A program made the position numbers and the translations under genes. Of a stretch of DNA of 64,000 nucleotides, positions 10,905-22,479 are shown one piece after another. The DNA comes from Escherichia coli (lineage in GTDB: Bacteria > Pseudomonadota > Gammaproteobacteria > Enterobacterales > Enterobacteriaceae): the NCBI RefSeq assembly GCF_003334255.1, contig NZ_QOWU01000005.1; one strand, written 5' to 3'. How positions within the stretch are numbered: the first letter of the stretch is position 1; the number at the start of each line of letters is the position of its first letter. A model generated the notes under the pieces. That model was not told the origin of the DNA. It worked only from the letters and a program-made list of their open reading frames with translations, and ran no database searches.

Positions 10905-11037
10905 GAAATAATCCCCATGCCGGTGAAGAAGGGGCGTGACTTTAGCGAAATGTTGCCGTCGCGACAACCGGAATATGAAAGCAAAGCGCAGCGTCTGAAT
11001 AACGTTTATGCTGAAAGCGGATGAATAAGGAGATGCG

Positions 11038-11886
11038 ATGTATACCCTGAACTGGCAGCCGCCGTATGACTGGTCGTGGATGTTGGGATTTCTCGCCGCC
11101 CGTGCGGTGAGCAGTGTGGAAACGGTCGCGGACAGTTATTATGCCCGTAGTCTGGCGGTGGGCGAATATCGCGGCGTGGTGACTGCTATTCCGGATATAG
11201 CCCGCCATACTCTGCACATAAATTTAAGTGCAGGTTTAGAACCTGTTGCCGCAGAGTGTCTGGCGAAAATGAGCCGCCTGTTTGATCTGCAATGTAACCC
11301 ACAAATTGTTAACGGTGCGTTGGGCAGGTTAGGCGCGGCGCGGCCCGGATTGCGTTTACCCGGCTGTGTTGATGCTTTTGAGCAGGGCGTGCGGGCGATT
11401 TTAGGCCAACTGGTGAGCGTGGCGATGGCGGCAAAATTGACCGCCAGAGTGGCACAGCTTTATGGCGAACGGCTGGATGATTTTCCGGAGTATATCTGCT
11501 TCCCGACGCCTCAGCGGCTGGCAGCAGCAGACCCGCAGGCATTAAAAGCGTTAGGTATGCCGTTGAAACGGGCAGAGGCGCTGATTCATCTGGCAAATGC
11601 GGCGCTGGAGGGCACCTTACCAATGACAATACCGGGCGATGTGGAGCAGGCGATGAAAACGCTGCAAACTTTTCCGGGTATCGGGCGCTGGACGGCGAAT
11701 TATTTTGCTTTGCGTGGCTGGCAGGCGAAAGATGTTTTCCTGCCGGATGATTATCTGATTAAACAGCGATTTCCGGGAATGACACCGGCGCAAATCCGCC
11801 GTTATGCCGAGCGCTGGAAGCCCTGGCGTTCTTATGCGCTGTTGCATATCTGGTATACGGAAGGCTGGCAACCAGACGAAGCATGA
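11038..11886 (+). CDS. alkA: 3-methyladenine DNA glycosylase II AlkA (282 aa)
   Basis: 282-aa ORF, length and position as for AlkA; HhH-GPD family sequence. Confidence 0.93.
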   Translation: MYTLNWQPPYDWSWMLGFLAARAVSSVETVADSYYARSLAVGEYRGVVTAIPDIARHTLHINLSAGLEPVAAECLAKMSRLFDLQCNPQIVNGALGRLGAARPGLRLPGCVDAFEQGVRAILGQLVSVAMAAKLTARVAQLYGERLDDFPEYICFPTPQRLAAADPQALKALGMPLKRAEALIHLANAALEGTLPMTIPGDVEQAMKTLQTFPGIGRWTANYFALRGWQAKDVFLPDDYLIKQRFPGMTPAQIRRYAERWKPWRSYALLHIWYTEGWQPDEA

Positions 11887-11892
11887 CGTTGG

Positions 11893-11980
11893 TCGCCGGA
11901 TGCGGTGCGAGCGCCTTATCCGGCCTGGGGAATGAGCGATTTGTAGGCATGATAAGACGCGTTAGCGTCGCATCAGGCGA
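11893..11980. repeat. REP (repetitive extragenic palindrome) pair between convergent alkA and yegE
   Basis: gccggatgcggtgcgagcgccttatccggcc and gcatgataagacgcgttagcgtcgcatcaggc palindromic units. Confidence 0.7.
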
Positions 11981-11994
11981 TGGGGAAGCACGCC

Positions 11995-14900
11995 TCAGTT
12001 AATCGCGAAATAACTACTATTCACCAGCAAATCCAGCGGTTGGGCATCGGCAATCACCTCACCATAAATCAGATCGACGCCGATGCCAGAAAGCGTATCC
12101 ATCACTAAGGGTAAAACGACTGGCCCGGCGATGGTTTTCATCCCGAGTCGCTGAGCGTGCCCCTGAATAATCGTAATCAGCATCTTATCCATCAAATTAC
12201 CCTGCACGTTGGCGCATAACTCACCATCAAGTAGCAGGTAATCTGCCATATTCGCTTTCAGCGAGTTGAAGATTTGCAGATCGCGGCCCACCTGGCTGAG
12301 CACTATCCGACATCCCGCCAGCCGCAGTTTTTGCACGCTTTCTGCGTGATCTAAAATCGCTTCAGCCGGAATAATCAGATGTAATAACCGTGGTGGTAGA
12401 GGGCTATTTTCCAGCTGCTCAAGCAGATCATTCACCAGCGTGGAGCTACTCAAACCGGCAACGGAAAGGGGGAGGGAGATGCTTATGCCTTTACTGGCAA
12501 CCGCTTTTGCGGCCTGCTGGAAAAATTCGTGGAATACCCGGCGGTCAAGAGCATGGCTAAGCGCCGGATCGCTGAAGCTACGACGAAATGTTTGTTCATC
12601 AATAATCTCGCCTTCGCAACTCCAGAGCTTAAGTGAAATCAGCCACAAATTACGCGCTTCCGGGATCCGTGGCGAAGCGACACCGTGGGCGAGCATCATC
12701 AACTGATTCTCTTTAATCATCCGCCACTGTTCATCAAGCGACATCGCCGCCCGTTCGCTATGTGCGGCAGCTTGCTGCGGTTCGTAAACCGTCACCCGGC
12801 CCCGGCCACCATTTTTGGAGGCATAACAGGCGATATCAGCCTGCGACATCACTTCTGCCGCCTGATGATTGTTGTCATCAATCAAGGTAATCCCGGCACT
12901 GGCACCTACCCGATGCACACGGCCTTCCCATATAAAGTGATAGTCATTCACGGCACTGATAATGCGTGTAGCGATAAAACGCGCGCTTTCAACATTACAG
13001 TCTGGTAGCAGCAGACCAAATTCATCCCCACCGAGTCGCGCCAGCACGTCGCTGGAACGCAGCATACTCAGCATTAACGACGCCAGTTCGCGCAGCAAAG
13101 CGTCACCCGCCGCATGCCCGGCGCTGTCATTCACCGCTTTAAAGCGATCAAGATCGATAAACACCAGGGCATGTCGCTGATGTGTACTGTTTACCGTTTG
13201 CAGCAGGATACGCAGTTGTTTCTCAAAACTGGCGCGGTTGGCGAGATGCGTCAGTGCATCATGGGAGGCGCTGTAGCTCAGCTGGCGCAGCATTTTGCGT
13301 GATTCGGTAACGTCCTGAATCACCAGAACCGAACCAATATTGCTGCCGTCCAGAGTACTTAACGGCGTAATACTGTAATGCACGTCGTAACTGCCGCCGC
13401 TCCGACAGTGCAACACCACATCTTGCTCGATCGCGGAACGTGAGGTGTCGGCACTGTAAATGTTCTCCATTAATGGTCCGTTGTCGCCAAAAGTAATATG
13501 CAACACCGTCAGGAGCGGAACACCTAACGCTTCTTCCTGCGTCCAGCCGCTCATCTTCTCCGCCACTGGATTCATAAAGGTAATTTTCATCGCCATATCA
13601 ATACAGACCACGGCTTCACCGATGGAATCAAGCGTAATGTGCAGGCGCTCTTTTTCCTGAAACAATGCCTCGTTAAGCTGTTTCACTTCGGTCATATCCA
13701 TATTGATGCCGAGGAGACGTTCGACTTCGCCTTCTTTATTCAGTACCCGGTTGGCGAGGGCGCGGATATGGCGAATACCGTCTTTTACGGTAATGCGAAA
13801 TTCCAGTTTAAAGGGCGAGCGTGATTGCAACGAATCACGAATCACTTTTTCGGCATGCTGGCGATCTTCCGGCAGCACGCACTCGTACCACACCTGCCAG
13901 TTCGGTTTGATATGTGGAGGAATTTCATACAGCTCGAACATCCGCTTATCCCAGCTAAAAATATTCGGCTTCAACTCCCACTCCCAGGTGCCAATCCCGC
14001 CCGCTTCGTTAGCCAGAGTGATGCGCTCCATCAGTTGCTGATTGACCTGTTCGGTGCGTTTTAGCTCGTTAATGTCTTCAATCTGAGCGATAAAATAGAG
14101 CGGCGTGCCATCCGTGTGGCGCACCAGTGAGACGGCAAGCAACGCCCAGACAACATCGCCATTGCGGTTGTAGTAGCGTTTTTCCATTGAATAGGTGTTT
14201 ATTTCACCGCTTATCAGCTTTTCAACCTGTTGGAGATCTTTATTGAGATCCTCCGGCCAGGTCAGTTGCTGAAAGGTGAGTCCGCGCAGCTCTTCCTGAC
14301 TGTACCCGAGAAACTGGCAGAGCGCTTTGTTGGTTTGCAGCCATTGTCCCTCGGTGCCCACTAACGCCATACCGATAGCGGAATATTCCATCGCGTTCCG
14401 AAAGTGGGTTTCGCTTTCGGAAATGTGTTTGCGTTCCGCACGAAAGGCATACATCACCATGGTCATGATGTTGGCGGGCAGCAGGATCAGCAAAAACGGT
14501 AGCCACGGCATATGGCTCATCAGGTACGTACGCGGCGTAGCAAGCAGGGAGGGATCCGCGGCCATCATCAGCGACACCATCATCACCGTGGTAAGGAAGA
14601 TCAAAAAGGCTTCCATTCGTGGCAGACGCACGGCGCTCCACATCAACAGCACAATAATGAAAGTAAAAGGCCACGGCAGATACAGCATCGAAAGCCAGCT
14701 TAACGTCAGTGTGATGGCTAACGTGAGCAGCGACTCAAAAAGCAACCGTGGGTTGCGATGGCGCAGCAGATAGTGTGGTTTAAATAACAATCCCAGCGGC
14801 ACCAGTGCCAGAGCGCCGATGGATTCTGACAGTACCCATATCAAAAATGCCCTGAGAGGATCGTCTCCGGGCGTCAGCAGGACAACCAGAACACCCCCCA

Positions 14901-15312
14901 ACAGAGGCGGAACAATGGCGCTGCCGAGTGCCAGACGCAGCCAGTCAGCCAGATTTTGCAAGGGGTTATACCACGGCAGCAATTTACGTAGCAGCACTGC
15001 CCCGACCACGGCTTCAACAATATTGATGGTCGTCCAGGTCATGTTCAGCGAGCTGGTGGAAAAAAGCAGGATGGATGCGGCGATATTTCCCAGCGAACAG
15101 CTCAGCGCAATTCCCGGCCACATGCGCCCGGCATGGCGATAAAACGCCACCATCATGATGGACGTCGGGAACCACAGTGGGGCGAGTTGGGTGCCAAACT
15201 GCGAAAGCTCAAGCGAGAAAAGGGTAAAGATAAACGAGACTAAACCTAAACTGACCAGGTGAAGCAGCGGGTGGGGCAGGGCAATTAATACATGCTGTGA
15301 TTGTTTGCTCAT
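11995..15312 (-). CDS. dgcE: Diguanylate cyclase DgcE/YegE (MASE1-PAS-GGDEF-EAL, 1105 aa)
   Basis: 1105-aa ORF; N-terminal multi-TM region, PAS repeats, GGDEF motif (RLGGDEFGLL), C-terminal EAL-like domain. Confidence 0.92.
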   Translation of the reverse strand: MSKQSQHVLIALPHPLLHLVSLGLVSFIFTLFSLELSQFGTQLAPLWFPTSIMMVAFYRHAGRMWPGIALSCSLGNIAASILLFSTSSLNMTWTTINIVEAVVGAVLLRKLLPWYNPLQNLADWLRLALGSAIVPPLLGGVLVVLLTPGDDPLRAFLIWVLSESIGALALVPLGLLFKPHYLLRHRNPRLLFESLLTLAITLTLSWLSMLYLPWPFTFIIVLLMWSAVRLPRMEAFLIFLTTVMMVSLMMAADPSLLATPRTYLMSHMPWLPFLLILLPANIMTMVMYAFRAERKHISESETHFRNAMEYSAIGMALVGTEGQWLQTNKALCQFLGYSQEELRGLTFQQLTWPEDLNKDLQQVEKLISGEINTYSMEKRYYNRNGDVVWALLAVSLVRHTDGTPLYFIAQIEDINELKRTEQVNQQLMERITLANEAGGIGTWEWELKPNIFSWDKRMFELYEIPPHIKPNWQVWYECVLPEDRQHAEKVIRDSLQSRSPFKLEFRITVKDGIRHIRALANRVLNKEGEVERLLGINMDMTEVKQLNEALFQEKERLHITLDSIGEAVVCIDMAMKITFMNPVAEKMSGWTQEEALGVPLLTVLHITFGDNGPLMENIYSADTSRSAIEQDVVLHCRSGGSYDVHYSITPLSTLDGSNIGSVLVIQDVTESRKMLRQLSYSASHDALTHLANRASFEKQLRILLQTVNSTHQRHALVFIDLDRFKAVNDSAGHAAGDALLRELASLMLSMLRSSDVLARLGGDEFGLLLPDCNVESARFIATRIISAVNDYHFIWEGRVHRVGASAGITLIDDNNHQAAEVMSQADIACYASKNGGRGRVTVYEPQQAAAHSERAAMSLDEQWRMIKENQLMMLAHGVASPRIPEARNLWLISLKLWSCEGEIIDEQTFRRSFSDPALSHALDRRVFHEFFQQAAKAVASKGISISLPLSVAGLSSSTLVNDLLEQLENSPLPPRLLHLIIPAEAILDHAESVQKLRLAGCRIVLSQVGRDLQIFNSLKANMADYLLLDGELCANVQGNLMDKMLITIIQGHAQRLGMKTIAGPVVLPLVMDTLSGIGVDLIYGEVIADAQPLDLLVNSSYFAIN

Positions 15313-15629
15313 TACCGCTTTATCCGCAAGACCTGGTCGCCAGTATTCGTTTCTGTGTTTATGCTAGTACAAAAGTTTTACATTTTATATGCGAATTGCT
15401 CATAAAGTGACGTAAAGGCGGATAATTTGCGCAACTGCGTATAACATTTTTTACCTTACATAAAACTGATCAACGTAATTTGCCCCCGGGAATTCTTTGT
15501 CAACAATTAACTCTGAGCGCGCGGCAACGCTATTCGACTGGTATCAGACGGATGAAATCCCTATAATTGCCGCGTTTGGCGCTTCGTCGCCCCCTTCCTA
15601 ACATCCAGGTTAATCAGGTCGCTAAATAT

Positions 15630-16271
15630 ATGACTGATCAGTCTCATCAGTGCGTCATTATCGGTATCGCTGGCGCATCGGCTTCCGGCAAGAGTCTTAT
15701 TGCCAGTACCCTTTATCGTGAATTGCGTGAGCAAGTCGGTGATGAACACATCGGCGTAATTCCCGAAGACTGCTATTACAAAGATCAAAGCCATCTGTCG
15801 ATGGAAGAACGCGTTAAGACCAACTACGACCATCCCAGCGCGATGGATCACAGTCTGCTGCTTGAGCATTTACAAGCGTTGAAACGCGGCTCGGCAATTG
15901 ACCTGCCGGTTTACAGCTATGTTGAACATACGCGTATGAAAGAAACGGTGACGGTTGAGCCGAAGAAGGTCATCATTCTCGAAGGCATTTTGTTGCTGAC
16001 GGATGCGCGTTTGCGTGACGAACTTAACTTCTCCATTTTCGTTGATACCCCGCTGGATATCTGCCTGATGCGCCGCATCAAGCGTGACGTTAACGAGCGT
16101 GGGCGTTCAATGGATTCAGTGATGGCGCAATATCAAAAAACCGTGCGCCCGATGTTCCTGCAATTCATTGAGCCTTCTAAACAATATGCGGACATTATCG
16201 TGCCGCGCGGCGGGAAAAACCGCATCGCGATCGATATATTGAAAGCGAAAATAAGTCAGTTCTTTGAATAA
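15630..16271 (+). CDS. udk: Uridine/cytidine kinase Udk (213 aa)
   Basis: Trimmed from the 234-aa ORF to the ATG giving [25 protein letters not shown] (P-loop); canonical length. Confidence 0.93.
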
Positions 16272-16362
16272 GCTTGATAAATTGTGTACCGTTCAGTGAT
16301 AACCTGGTATGCCCTTGACGTAATTGGCGTTAAGGGAGTGATGCGCGAAAGGAGAAAATGCC

Positions 16363-16944
16363 ATGCGTCTGTGTGACCGAGATATTGAAGCCTGGCTTGA
16401 TGAAGGCCGTTTGTCGATCAACCCACGTCCGCCAGTGGAGCGTATTAACGGCGCGACGGTGGATGTACGCCTGGGCAATAAATTTCGTACCTTCCGTGGT
16501 CACACGGCAGCGTTTATCGATCTGAGCGGTCCCAAAGATGAAGTGAGCGCCGCGCTTGACCGCGTGATGAGCGATGAGATCGTTCTCGACGAGGGCGAGG
16601 CGTTCTATCTTCACCCAGGAGAGCTGGCGCTGGCGGTGACGCTGGAGTCGGTGACGCTGCCAGCCGATCTGGTGGGCTGGCTGGACGGGCGTTCCTCACT
16701 GGCGCGTCTGGGGCTGATGGTGCACGTCACCGCGCACCGCATCGATCCGGGCTGGTCTGGTTGCATTGTGCTGGAGTTCTACAACTCCGGTAAGCTGCCG
16801 CTGGCGCTGCGTCCGGGCATGTTAATTGGTGCGCTGAGCTTTGAGCCGCTTTCCGGCCCGGCGGCGCGACCTTACAACCGCCGTGAAGATGCGAAATATC
16901 GCAACCAGCAGGGCGCGGTAGCCAGCCGAATCGATAAAGACTAA
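16363..16944 (+). CDS. dcd: dCTP deaminase Dcd (193 aa)
   Basis: 193-aa ORF beginning [17 protein letters not shown]; dUTPase-fold deaminase. Confidence 0.95.
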
Positions 16945-16965
16945 TTCAGGCCCATTGAGGATACC

Positions 16966-18819
16966 ATGAGACGATTTCTGACGACGCTGATGATACTCCT
17001 GGTCGTGCTGGTGGCCGGGTTATCTGCGTTAGTGTTGCTGGTGAATCCGAATGATTTCCGCGACTATATGGTCAAGCAAGTTGCTGCACGTAGCGGTTAT
17101 CAATTGCAGCTCGACGGGCCACTGCGTTGGCACGTCTGGCCGCAGCTTAGTATCCTCTCCGGGCGAATGTCTCTCACCGCCCAGGGCGCAAGCCAGCCAC
17201 TGGTTCGCGCCGACAACATGCGTCTGGACGTGGCGCTTTTACCACTACTGAGTCATCAACTGAGCGTTAAGCAGGTGATGCTAAAAGGGGCAGTGATCCA
17301 ACTGACGCCGCAGACGGAAGCGGTGCGCAGTGAAGACGCTCCGGTTGCACCGCGCGACAATACCTTGCCGGATCTGTCAGACGATCGCGGATGGTCGTTT
17401 GATATATCCAGTCTTAAGGTGGCGGACAGCGTGCTGGTGTTCCAGCATGAAGATGACGAGCAGGTGACAATCCGCAATATTCGCCTGCAAATGGAACAAG
17501 ATCCCCAACATCGTGGTTCATTTGAGTTCTCCGGGCGGGTTAATCGCGATCAGCGCGATCTCACGATATCCCTTAACGGTACGGTAGATGCTTCTGATTA
17601 TCCGCATGATTTAACGGCGGCTATTGAACAAATTAACTGGCAGTTGCAGGGTGCCGATTTACCAAAACAAGGTATTCAGGGGCAGGGGAGTTTCCAGGCC
17701 CAGTGGCAGGAGTCACATAAACGCCTTTCATTTAACCAAATTAGTTTGACCGCCAATGATAGTACGCTAAGCGGGCAAGCACAGGTTACGCTGACAGAGA
17801 AACCGGAATGGCAGCTGAGGCTGCAATTCCCGCAACTGAATCTTGACAACCTCATCCCGCTTAATGAAACCGCGAATGGTGAAAACGGTGCCGCGCAGCA
17901 GGGGCAGAGCCAATCAACGTTGCCGCGCCCGGTCATTTCTTCGCGTATTGATGAACCGGCCTATCAGGGACTGCAAGGCTTTACGGCTGATATTTTGTTG
18001 CAGGCCAGTAACGTGCGCTGGCGCGGAATGAATTTTACAGATGTTGCCACGCAAATGACCAACAAGTCGGGTTTGCTGGAAATTACTCAACTGCAGGGCA
18101 AACTTAACGGTGGACAGGTTTCACTGCCGGGCACGCTGGACGCGACATCAATAAATCCGCGGATAAACTTCCAGCCAGGGCTGGAAAACGTTGAGATTGG
18201 TACCATTCTGAAGGCGTTTAACTATCCGATTTCGTTGACCGGAAAAATGTCACTGGCTGGTGATTTCTCCGGTGCTGACATAGATGCCGACGCATTCCGC
18301 CACAACTGGCAAGGACAGGCACATGTCGAAATGACCGACACGCGCATGGAAGGGATGAACTTCCAGCAGATGATTCAGCAAGCGGTAGAGCGTAATGGCG
18401 GTGATGTGAAGGCCGCTGAAAACTTTGATAACGTGACGCGGCTTGACCGCTTTACCACCGATTTGACGTTGAAGGATGGCGTCGTGACGTTAAACGACAT
18501 GCAAGGTCAATCGCCTGTGCTGGCGCTGACAGGGGAAGGCATGTTGAATCTGGCAGATCAAACCTGCGACACCCAGTTTGATATTCGGGTCGTGGGTGGC
18601 TGGAACGGGGAAAGCAAACTGATTGATTTCCTGAAAGAAACGCCAGTACCGCTGCGGGTTTATGGCAACTGGCAGCAACTCAATTACAGCCTGCAAGTGG
18701 ATCAGTTACTGCGCAAACATCTACAGGACGAAGCGAAACGTCGCCTGAATGACTGGGCCGAGCGGAATAAAGATTCCCGTAATGGCAAAGATGTGAAGAA
18801 GTTGCTGGAGAAGATGTAG
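16966..18819 (+). CDS. asmA: Outer-membrane assembly protein AsmA (617 aa)
   Basis: 617-aa ORF with N-terminal membrane anchor; follows dcd. Confidence 0.93.
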   Translation: MRRFLTTLMILLVVLVAGLSALVLLVNPNDFRDYMVKQVAARSGYQLQLDGPLRWHVWPQLSILSGRMSLTAQGASQPLVRADNMRLDVALLPLLSHQLSVKQVMLKGAVIQLTPQTEAVRSEDAPVAPRDNTLPDLSDDRGWSFDISSLKVADSVLVFQHEDDEQVTIRNIRLQMEQDPQHRGSFEFSGRVNRDQRDLTISLNGTVDASDYPHDLTAAIEQINWQLQGADLPKQGIQGQGSFQAQWQESHKRLSFNQISLTANDSTLSGQAQVTLTEKPEWQLRLQFPQLNLDNLIPLNETANGENGAAQQGQSQSTLPRPVISSRIDEPAYQGLQGFTADILLQASNVRWRGMNFTDVATQMTNKSGLLEITQLQGKLNGGQVSLPGTLDATSINPRINFQPGLENVEIGTILKAFNYPISLTGKMSLAGDFSGADIDADAFRHNWQGQAHVEMTDTRMEGMNFQQMIQQAVERNGGDVKAAENFDNVTRLDRFTTDLTLKDGVVTLNDMQGQSPVLALTGEGMLNLADQTCDTQFDIRVVGGWNGESKLIDFLKETPVPLRVYGNWQQLNYSLQVDQLLRKHLQDEAKRRLNDWAERNKDSRNGKDVKKLLEKM

Positions 18820-18834
18820 GTTACCAGGTGACCA

Positions 18835-18880
18835 GTCCTGTAGGCCTGATAAGACGCGTAAAGCGTCGCATCAGGCGTTC
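18835..18880. repeat. REP element downstream of asmA
   Basis: cctgtaggcctgataagacgcgtaaagcgtcgcatcaggcg. Confidence 0.7.
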
Positions 18881-19092
18881 GTGGCGGCATCATTATATTC
18901 TGAATATGTAAGATCGAAGGCTGTTCCGTTCACTTGATGTTCCTCGCTACTATGGAACGCTCAAGCCGGTGAACGTGCCAGGGTGGCTCAATCTCCACCA
19001 CCCTGGCAACCCGGGCTCCCGGCGGTAAATCGCCGATGGCGCGGTTCCCTCATCTTATTCCTTTCGGCTATTGGGTAAAATGACCGATACCA

Positions 19093-20676
19093 TCACACCT
19101 CGTACTCCATCTCGCCATCCTTACGCAGCGGTATAATCTGCACCTTCTGCACGCGATGGCTTTCTACCTGCAACGTTTTAAGCAAATAATCCCCCACCTG
19201 AACTTCTTCGCCAGGTTTTGGAATACGCTGCAAATACTCCATCAACAGCCCGGCAATGGTGTGATATTCACGTTTTTCATCCAGCGGCAGCGGCACATAT
19301 TGCACCAGATCCTCCAGCGGCATATGACCATTCGCCGTCCAGGAACCGTCCGCATTCTTCTGAATATCATGGCGGGCGTCGATCTCTTCCACTTCGTTCG
19401 GTAAGTTACCGGCAATGGTTTCAGTGACGTCACTTAATGTCACAATCCCTTCCACCGAGCCAAACTCATCCACCACAAAAGCAAAGTGCGTGCGGGCATT
19501 ACGGAACTGCTCCAGGGCAGGTAACAACGGCAAGGTTTCCGGGAACACCAGCGGCTGGCGAATCAACACCCGCAGGTTGAGCGGTTCGCCGCGCAGAGAC
19601 TGTTGTAGCAGGTCGATAACGTGAACAACACCGAGCAAATCTTCTGCGTCATCACCGTCGGTAACCACCAGCCGCGTATGCTGATTTCGCTCCAGCAACT
19701 GGCGGATTTCTTCTTCCGGCGCGTTGAGATCGATATGCTCAATATCGTGGCGCGACGTCATAATGCTGCTGACGGTACGCTGGTTAAGATTAAGTACCCG
19801 CTCAATCATCCGCCGTTCCTGCGGATTAAAGATCTGCTGGTTACCATGATCCACCAGCATGGACGCGGTTTCGGCGTCCAGTTCCGCATCTTCTTTTTGC
19901 CCGCTAAGCAGGCGCATTACCGCTTCGGTAGTCCGCTGGCGCAGCGTCTGGTTAGCGGAAAGAAAACGTCGCCGGTTAAAGATAGCCAACTGATTGAGCG
20001 CCTCGATCATCACCGAGAAACCAATGGCAGCGTACAGGTAGCCTTTCGGAATGACGAAGCCGAAACCTTCTGCCACCAGGCTAAAGCCAATCATCAACAG
20101 GAAGCTTAAGCAGAGAATAACGATCGTCGGGTGACTGTTAACAAATTGCGTTAACGGCTTGCTGGCCATCAACATCAGGCTGATAGCGATAACCACGGCG
20201 GCCATCATGACCAGTAAATGGTCGACCATCCCGACGGCGGTAATCACTGAGTCGAGTGAGAAAATGGCGTCCAGTACCACAATTTGCGTCACCACGCCCC
20301 AGAACTTCGCACCTTTGCGTTGTGTGGGATTATTGCTGTCTTTCCCTTCCAGCCGTTCGTTCAGCTCCATCGTGGCTTTGAACAACAGGAAGAAACCACC
20401 AAACAGCATGATTAAGTCGCGGGCGCTAAAGGTAAACGAGCGGAAGCTGAACAGCGGTTGAGTCAGGGTGACCAGCCAGGAGATTGACGCCAGCAGTAAC
20501 AGGCGCATTAACATTGCCAGCAGCAGCCCGGTAACCCGTGCGCGGTCACGCTGCTTCGGCGGTAGTTTTTCGGCGAGGATGGCAATAAAGACCAGGTTAT
20601 CAATGCCGAGGACCAGTTCGATCACAATCAGCGTGATTAACCCGGCCCAGATAGACGGATCGGCAATCCATTCCAT
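19093..20676 (-). CDS. yegH: TerC-family membrane protein with CBS and CorC domains, YegH (527 aa)
   Basis: Trimmed from the 549-aa ORF to the ATG giving [30 protein letters not shown]; multi-TM N-terminal half plus cytoplasmic CBS region. Confidence 0.9.
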   Translation of the reverse strand: MEWIADPSIWAGLITLIVIELVLGIDNLVFIAILAEKLPPKQRDRARVTGLLLAMLMRLLLLASISWLVTLTQPLFSFRSFTFSARDLIMLFGGFFLLFKATMELNERLEGKDSNNPTQRKGAKFWGVVTQIVVLDAIFSLDSVITAVGMVDHLLVMMAAVVIAISLMLMASKPLTQFVNSHPTIVILCLSFLLMIGFSLVAEGFGFVIPKGYLYAAIGFSVMIEALNQLAIFNRRRFLSANQTLRQRTTEAVMRLLSGQKEDAELDAETASMLVDHGNQQIFNPQERRMIERVLNLNQRTVSSIMTSRHDIEHIDLNAPEEEIRQLLERNQHTRLVVTDGDDAEDLLGVVHVIDLLQQSLRGEPLNLRVLIRQPLVFPETLPLLPALEQFRNARTHFAFVVDEFGSVEGIVTLSDVTETIAGNLPNEVEEIDARHDIQKNADGSWTANGHMPLEDLVQYVPLPLDEKREYHTIAGLLMEYLQRIPKPGEEVQVGDYLLKTLQVESHRVQKVQIIPLRKDGEMEYEV

Positions 20677-20742
20677 AGTAAGTACAAAACCTATTCGTTG
20701 TATGACAAATGTCACAATTCGATCATGGATAAATCGGGGCAA

Positions 20743-21334
20743 AAATGCAATGTTGCAGCACTATTTATCTCATATTATTTGAGGGTAATAACCTCACATT
20801 ATCCCTGAATTAAAAGTGGTAATAATAAAACATTATTTAAGAAATATCGCATGTGGAGACACTATATTAAATATTGTCAACCTAAAGAAACTCCTAAAAA
20901 CCATATTGAATGACACTTAATATAATTCTTAAAAATAGCCAATTACCGAATTGTTATCTTGCCTGCTATTCCGTTAGCTGTAACACTTCCTCCTGCATTA
21001 TTGGAAAGCCAATATTCAATTACCATAATGTCACCTTATATTCGGAAGTTAATTTCCGTAATAACCCTTTCTCATCAACGACTGCATGCTGAGAGGGTGT
21101 GAAAAATTAAACTAAATCAGTGTATTGGTAGCTAAAAAGCCAGGGGCGGTAGCGTGTCTGGATGCCTGAAAGACCAGTCTGAATTATTCTGTCAATAGCC
21201 TGCGGATGAAATCAATTTTTTTAGGACTGATGCCAGTTAAATTTTTATTCAATTAACTGCAAGGTAAATGTGCATGGCGACATTGCTATTAATAGTGCAC
21301 AGGATAATTACTCTGCCAAAGTGATAAATAAACA
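20743..21334 (+). promoter_or_regulatory. cps (colanic acid) promoter and long 5' leader; RcsAB-dependent promoter expected here, exact box not resolved
   Basis: About 590-bp AT-rich non-coding region upstream of wza containing the JUMPstart/ops element; an RcsAB-box-like sequence taagaaatatcgca lies near 20836-20849 (tentative). Confidence 0.5.
21118..21155 (+). promoter_or_regulatory. JUMPstart element with ops (RfaH recruitment) site GGCGGTAGCGTG at 21144-21155
   Basis: cagtgtattggtagctaaaaagccaggggcggtagcgtg matches the 39-bp JUMPstart consensus; ops 12-mer present. Confidence 0.85.
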
Positions 21335-22474
21335 ATGATGAAATCCAAAATGAAATTGATGCCATTATTGGTGTCAGTAACCTTGATAAGCGGTTGCACA
21401 GTACTTCCGGGCAGCAATATGTCGACGATGGGCAAAGACGTCATCAAACAGCAGGACGCTGATTTCGATCTCGACAAAATGGTGAATGTTTATCCGCTGA
21501 CCCCGCGCCTGATTGACCAATTACGCCCACGCCCGAATGTAGCGCGCCCCAATATGACGCTGGAAAGTGAGATCGCGAATTACCAGTATCGCGTCGGGCC
21601 GGGGGACGTTCTTAATGTCACCGTCTGGGATCACCCGGAACTCACCACGCCAGCCGGTCAGTACCGCAGCTCCAGCGACACCGGCAACTGGGTACAGCCT
21701 GACGGCACTATGTTTTACCCGTATATCGGCAAGGTCCACGTAGTCGGGAAAACGCTCGCTGAAATCCGCAGTGATATTACCGGGCGCTTAGCGACGTACA
21801 TCGCTGACCCGCAGGTGGACGTTAATATCGCCGCCTTCCGCTCACAAAAGGCCTATATCTCCGGTCAGGTGAATAAATCCGGTCAACAGGCGATCACCAA
21901 CGTGCCACTGACTATTCTCGACGCCATCAACGCCGCAGGTGGCCTGACCGACACCGCTGACTGGCGCAACGTGGTGCTAACACACAATGGTCGTGAAGAG
22001 CGCATTTCTTTGCAGGCGCTGATGCAAAACGGCGACCTCAACCAGAATCGCCTGCTTTACCCCGGCGATATTCTCTACGTGCCACGTAATGATGATCTGA
22101 AAGTATTTGTGATGGGTGAAGTGAAGAAACAGAGCACCCTGAAAATGGACTTTAGCGGCATGACCCTGACTGAAGCCCTGGGCAATGCTGAAGGCATCGA
22201 CATGACCACCTCCAACGCCAGCGGCATCTTTGTCATTCGTCCGCTGAAAGGCGAGGGCGGGCGTAACGGCAAGATTGCCAATATCTACCAGCTGGATATG
22301 TCCGATGCCACGTCGCTGGTGATGGCGACAGAATTCCGCCTGCAACCTTATGACGTGGTGTATGTCACCACCGCCCCGGTTTCCCGCTGGAACCGTCTGA
22401 TCAATCAGTTGCTGCCAACTATTAGCGGTGTCCGTTACATGACGGATACAGCCAGCGACATTCATAACTGGTAA
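21335..22474 (+). CDS. wza: Outer-membrane polysaccharide export lipoprotein Wza (379 aa)
   Basis: 379-aa ORF with lipoprotein signal (LISGC lipobox); first gene of the colanic acid operon. Confidence 0.95.
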   Translation: MMKSKMKLMPLLVSVTLISGCTVLPGSNMSTMGKDVIKQQDADFDLDKMVNVYPLTPRLIDQLRPRPNVARPNMTLESEIANYQYRVGPGDVLNVTVWDHPELTTPAGQYRSSSDTGNWVQPDGTMFYPYIGKVHVVGKTLAEIRSDITGRLATYIADPQVDVNIAAFRSQKAYISGQVNKSGQQAITNVPLTILDAINAAGGLTDTADWRNVVLTHNGREERISLQALMQNGDLNQNRLLYPGDILYVPRNDDLKVFVMGEVKKQSTLKMDFSGMTLTEALGNAEGIDMTTSNASGIFVIRPLKGEGGRNGKIANIYQLDMSDATSLVMATEFRLQPYDVVYVTTAPVSRWNRLINQLLPTISGVRYMTDTASDIHNW

Positions 22475-22479
22475 TCGTC

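Noticed and set aside
18979-19007. Hairpin ccagggtgg...ccaccctgg as an intrinsic terminator for asmA or yegH
   Set aside because: No U-tract follows on either strand, so it does not fit a Rho-independent terminator; kept only as an unexplained structure in findings.
20836-20849. Precise RcsAB box assignment in the cps promoter
   Set aside because: Two candidate sequences partly match the remembered consensus, but the exact site cannot be fixed without an alignment to characterised promoters; only the promoter region as a whole is annotated.
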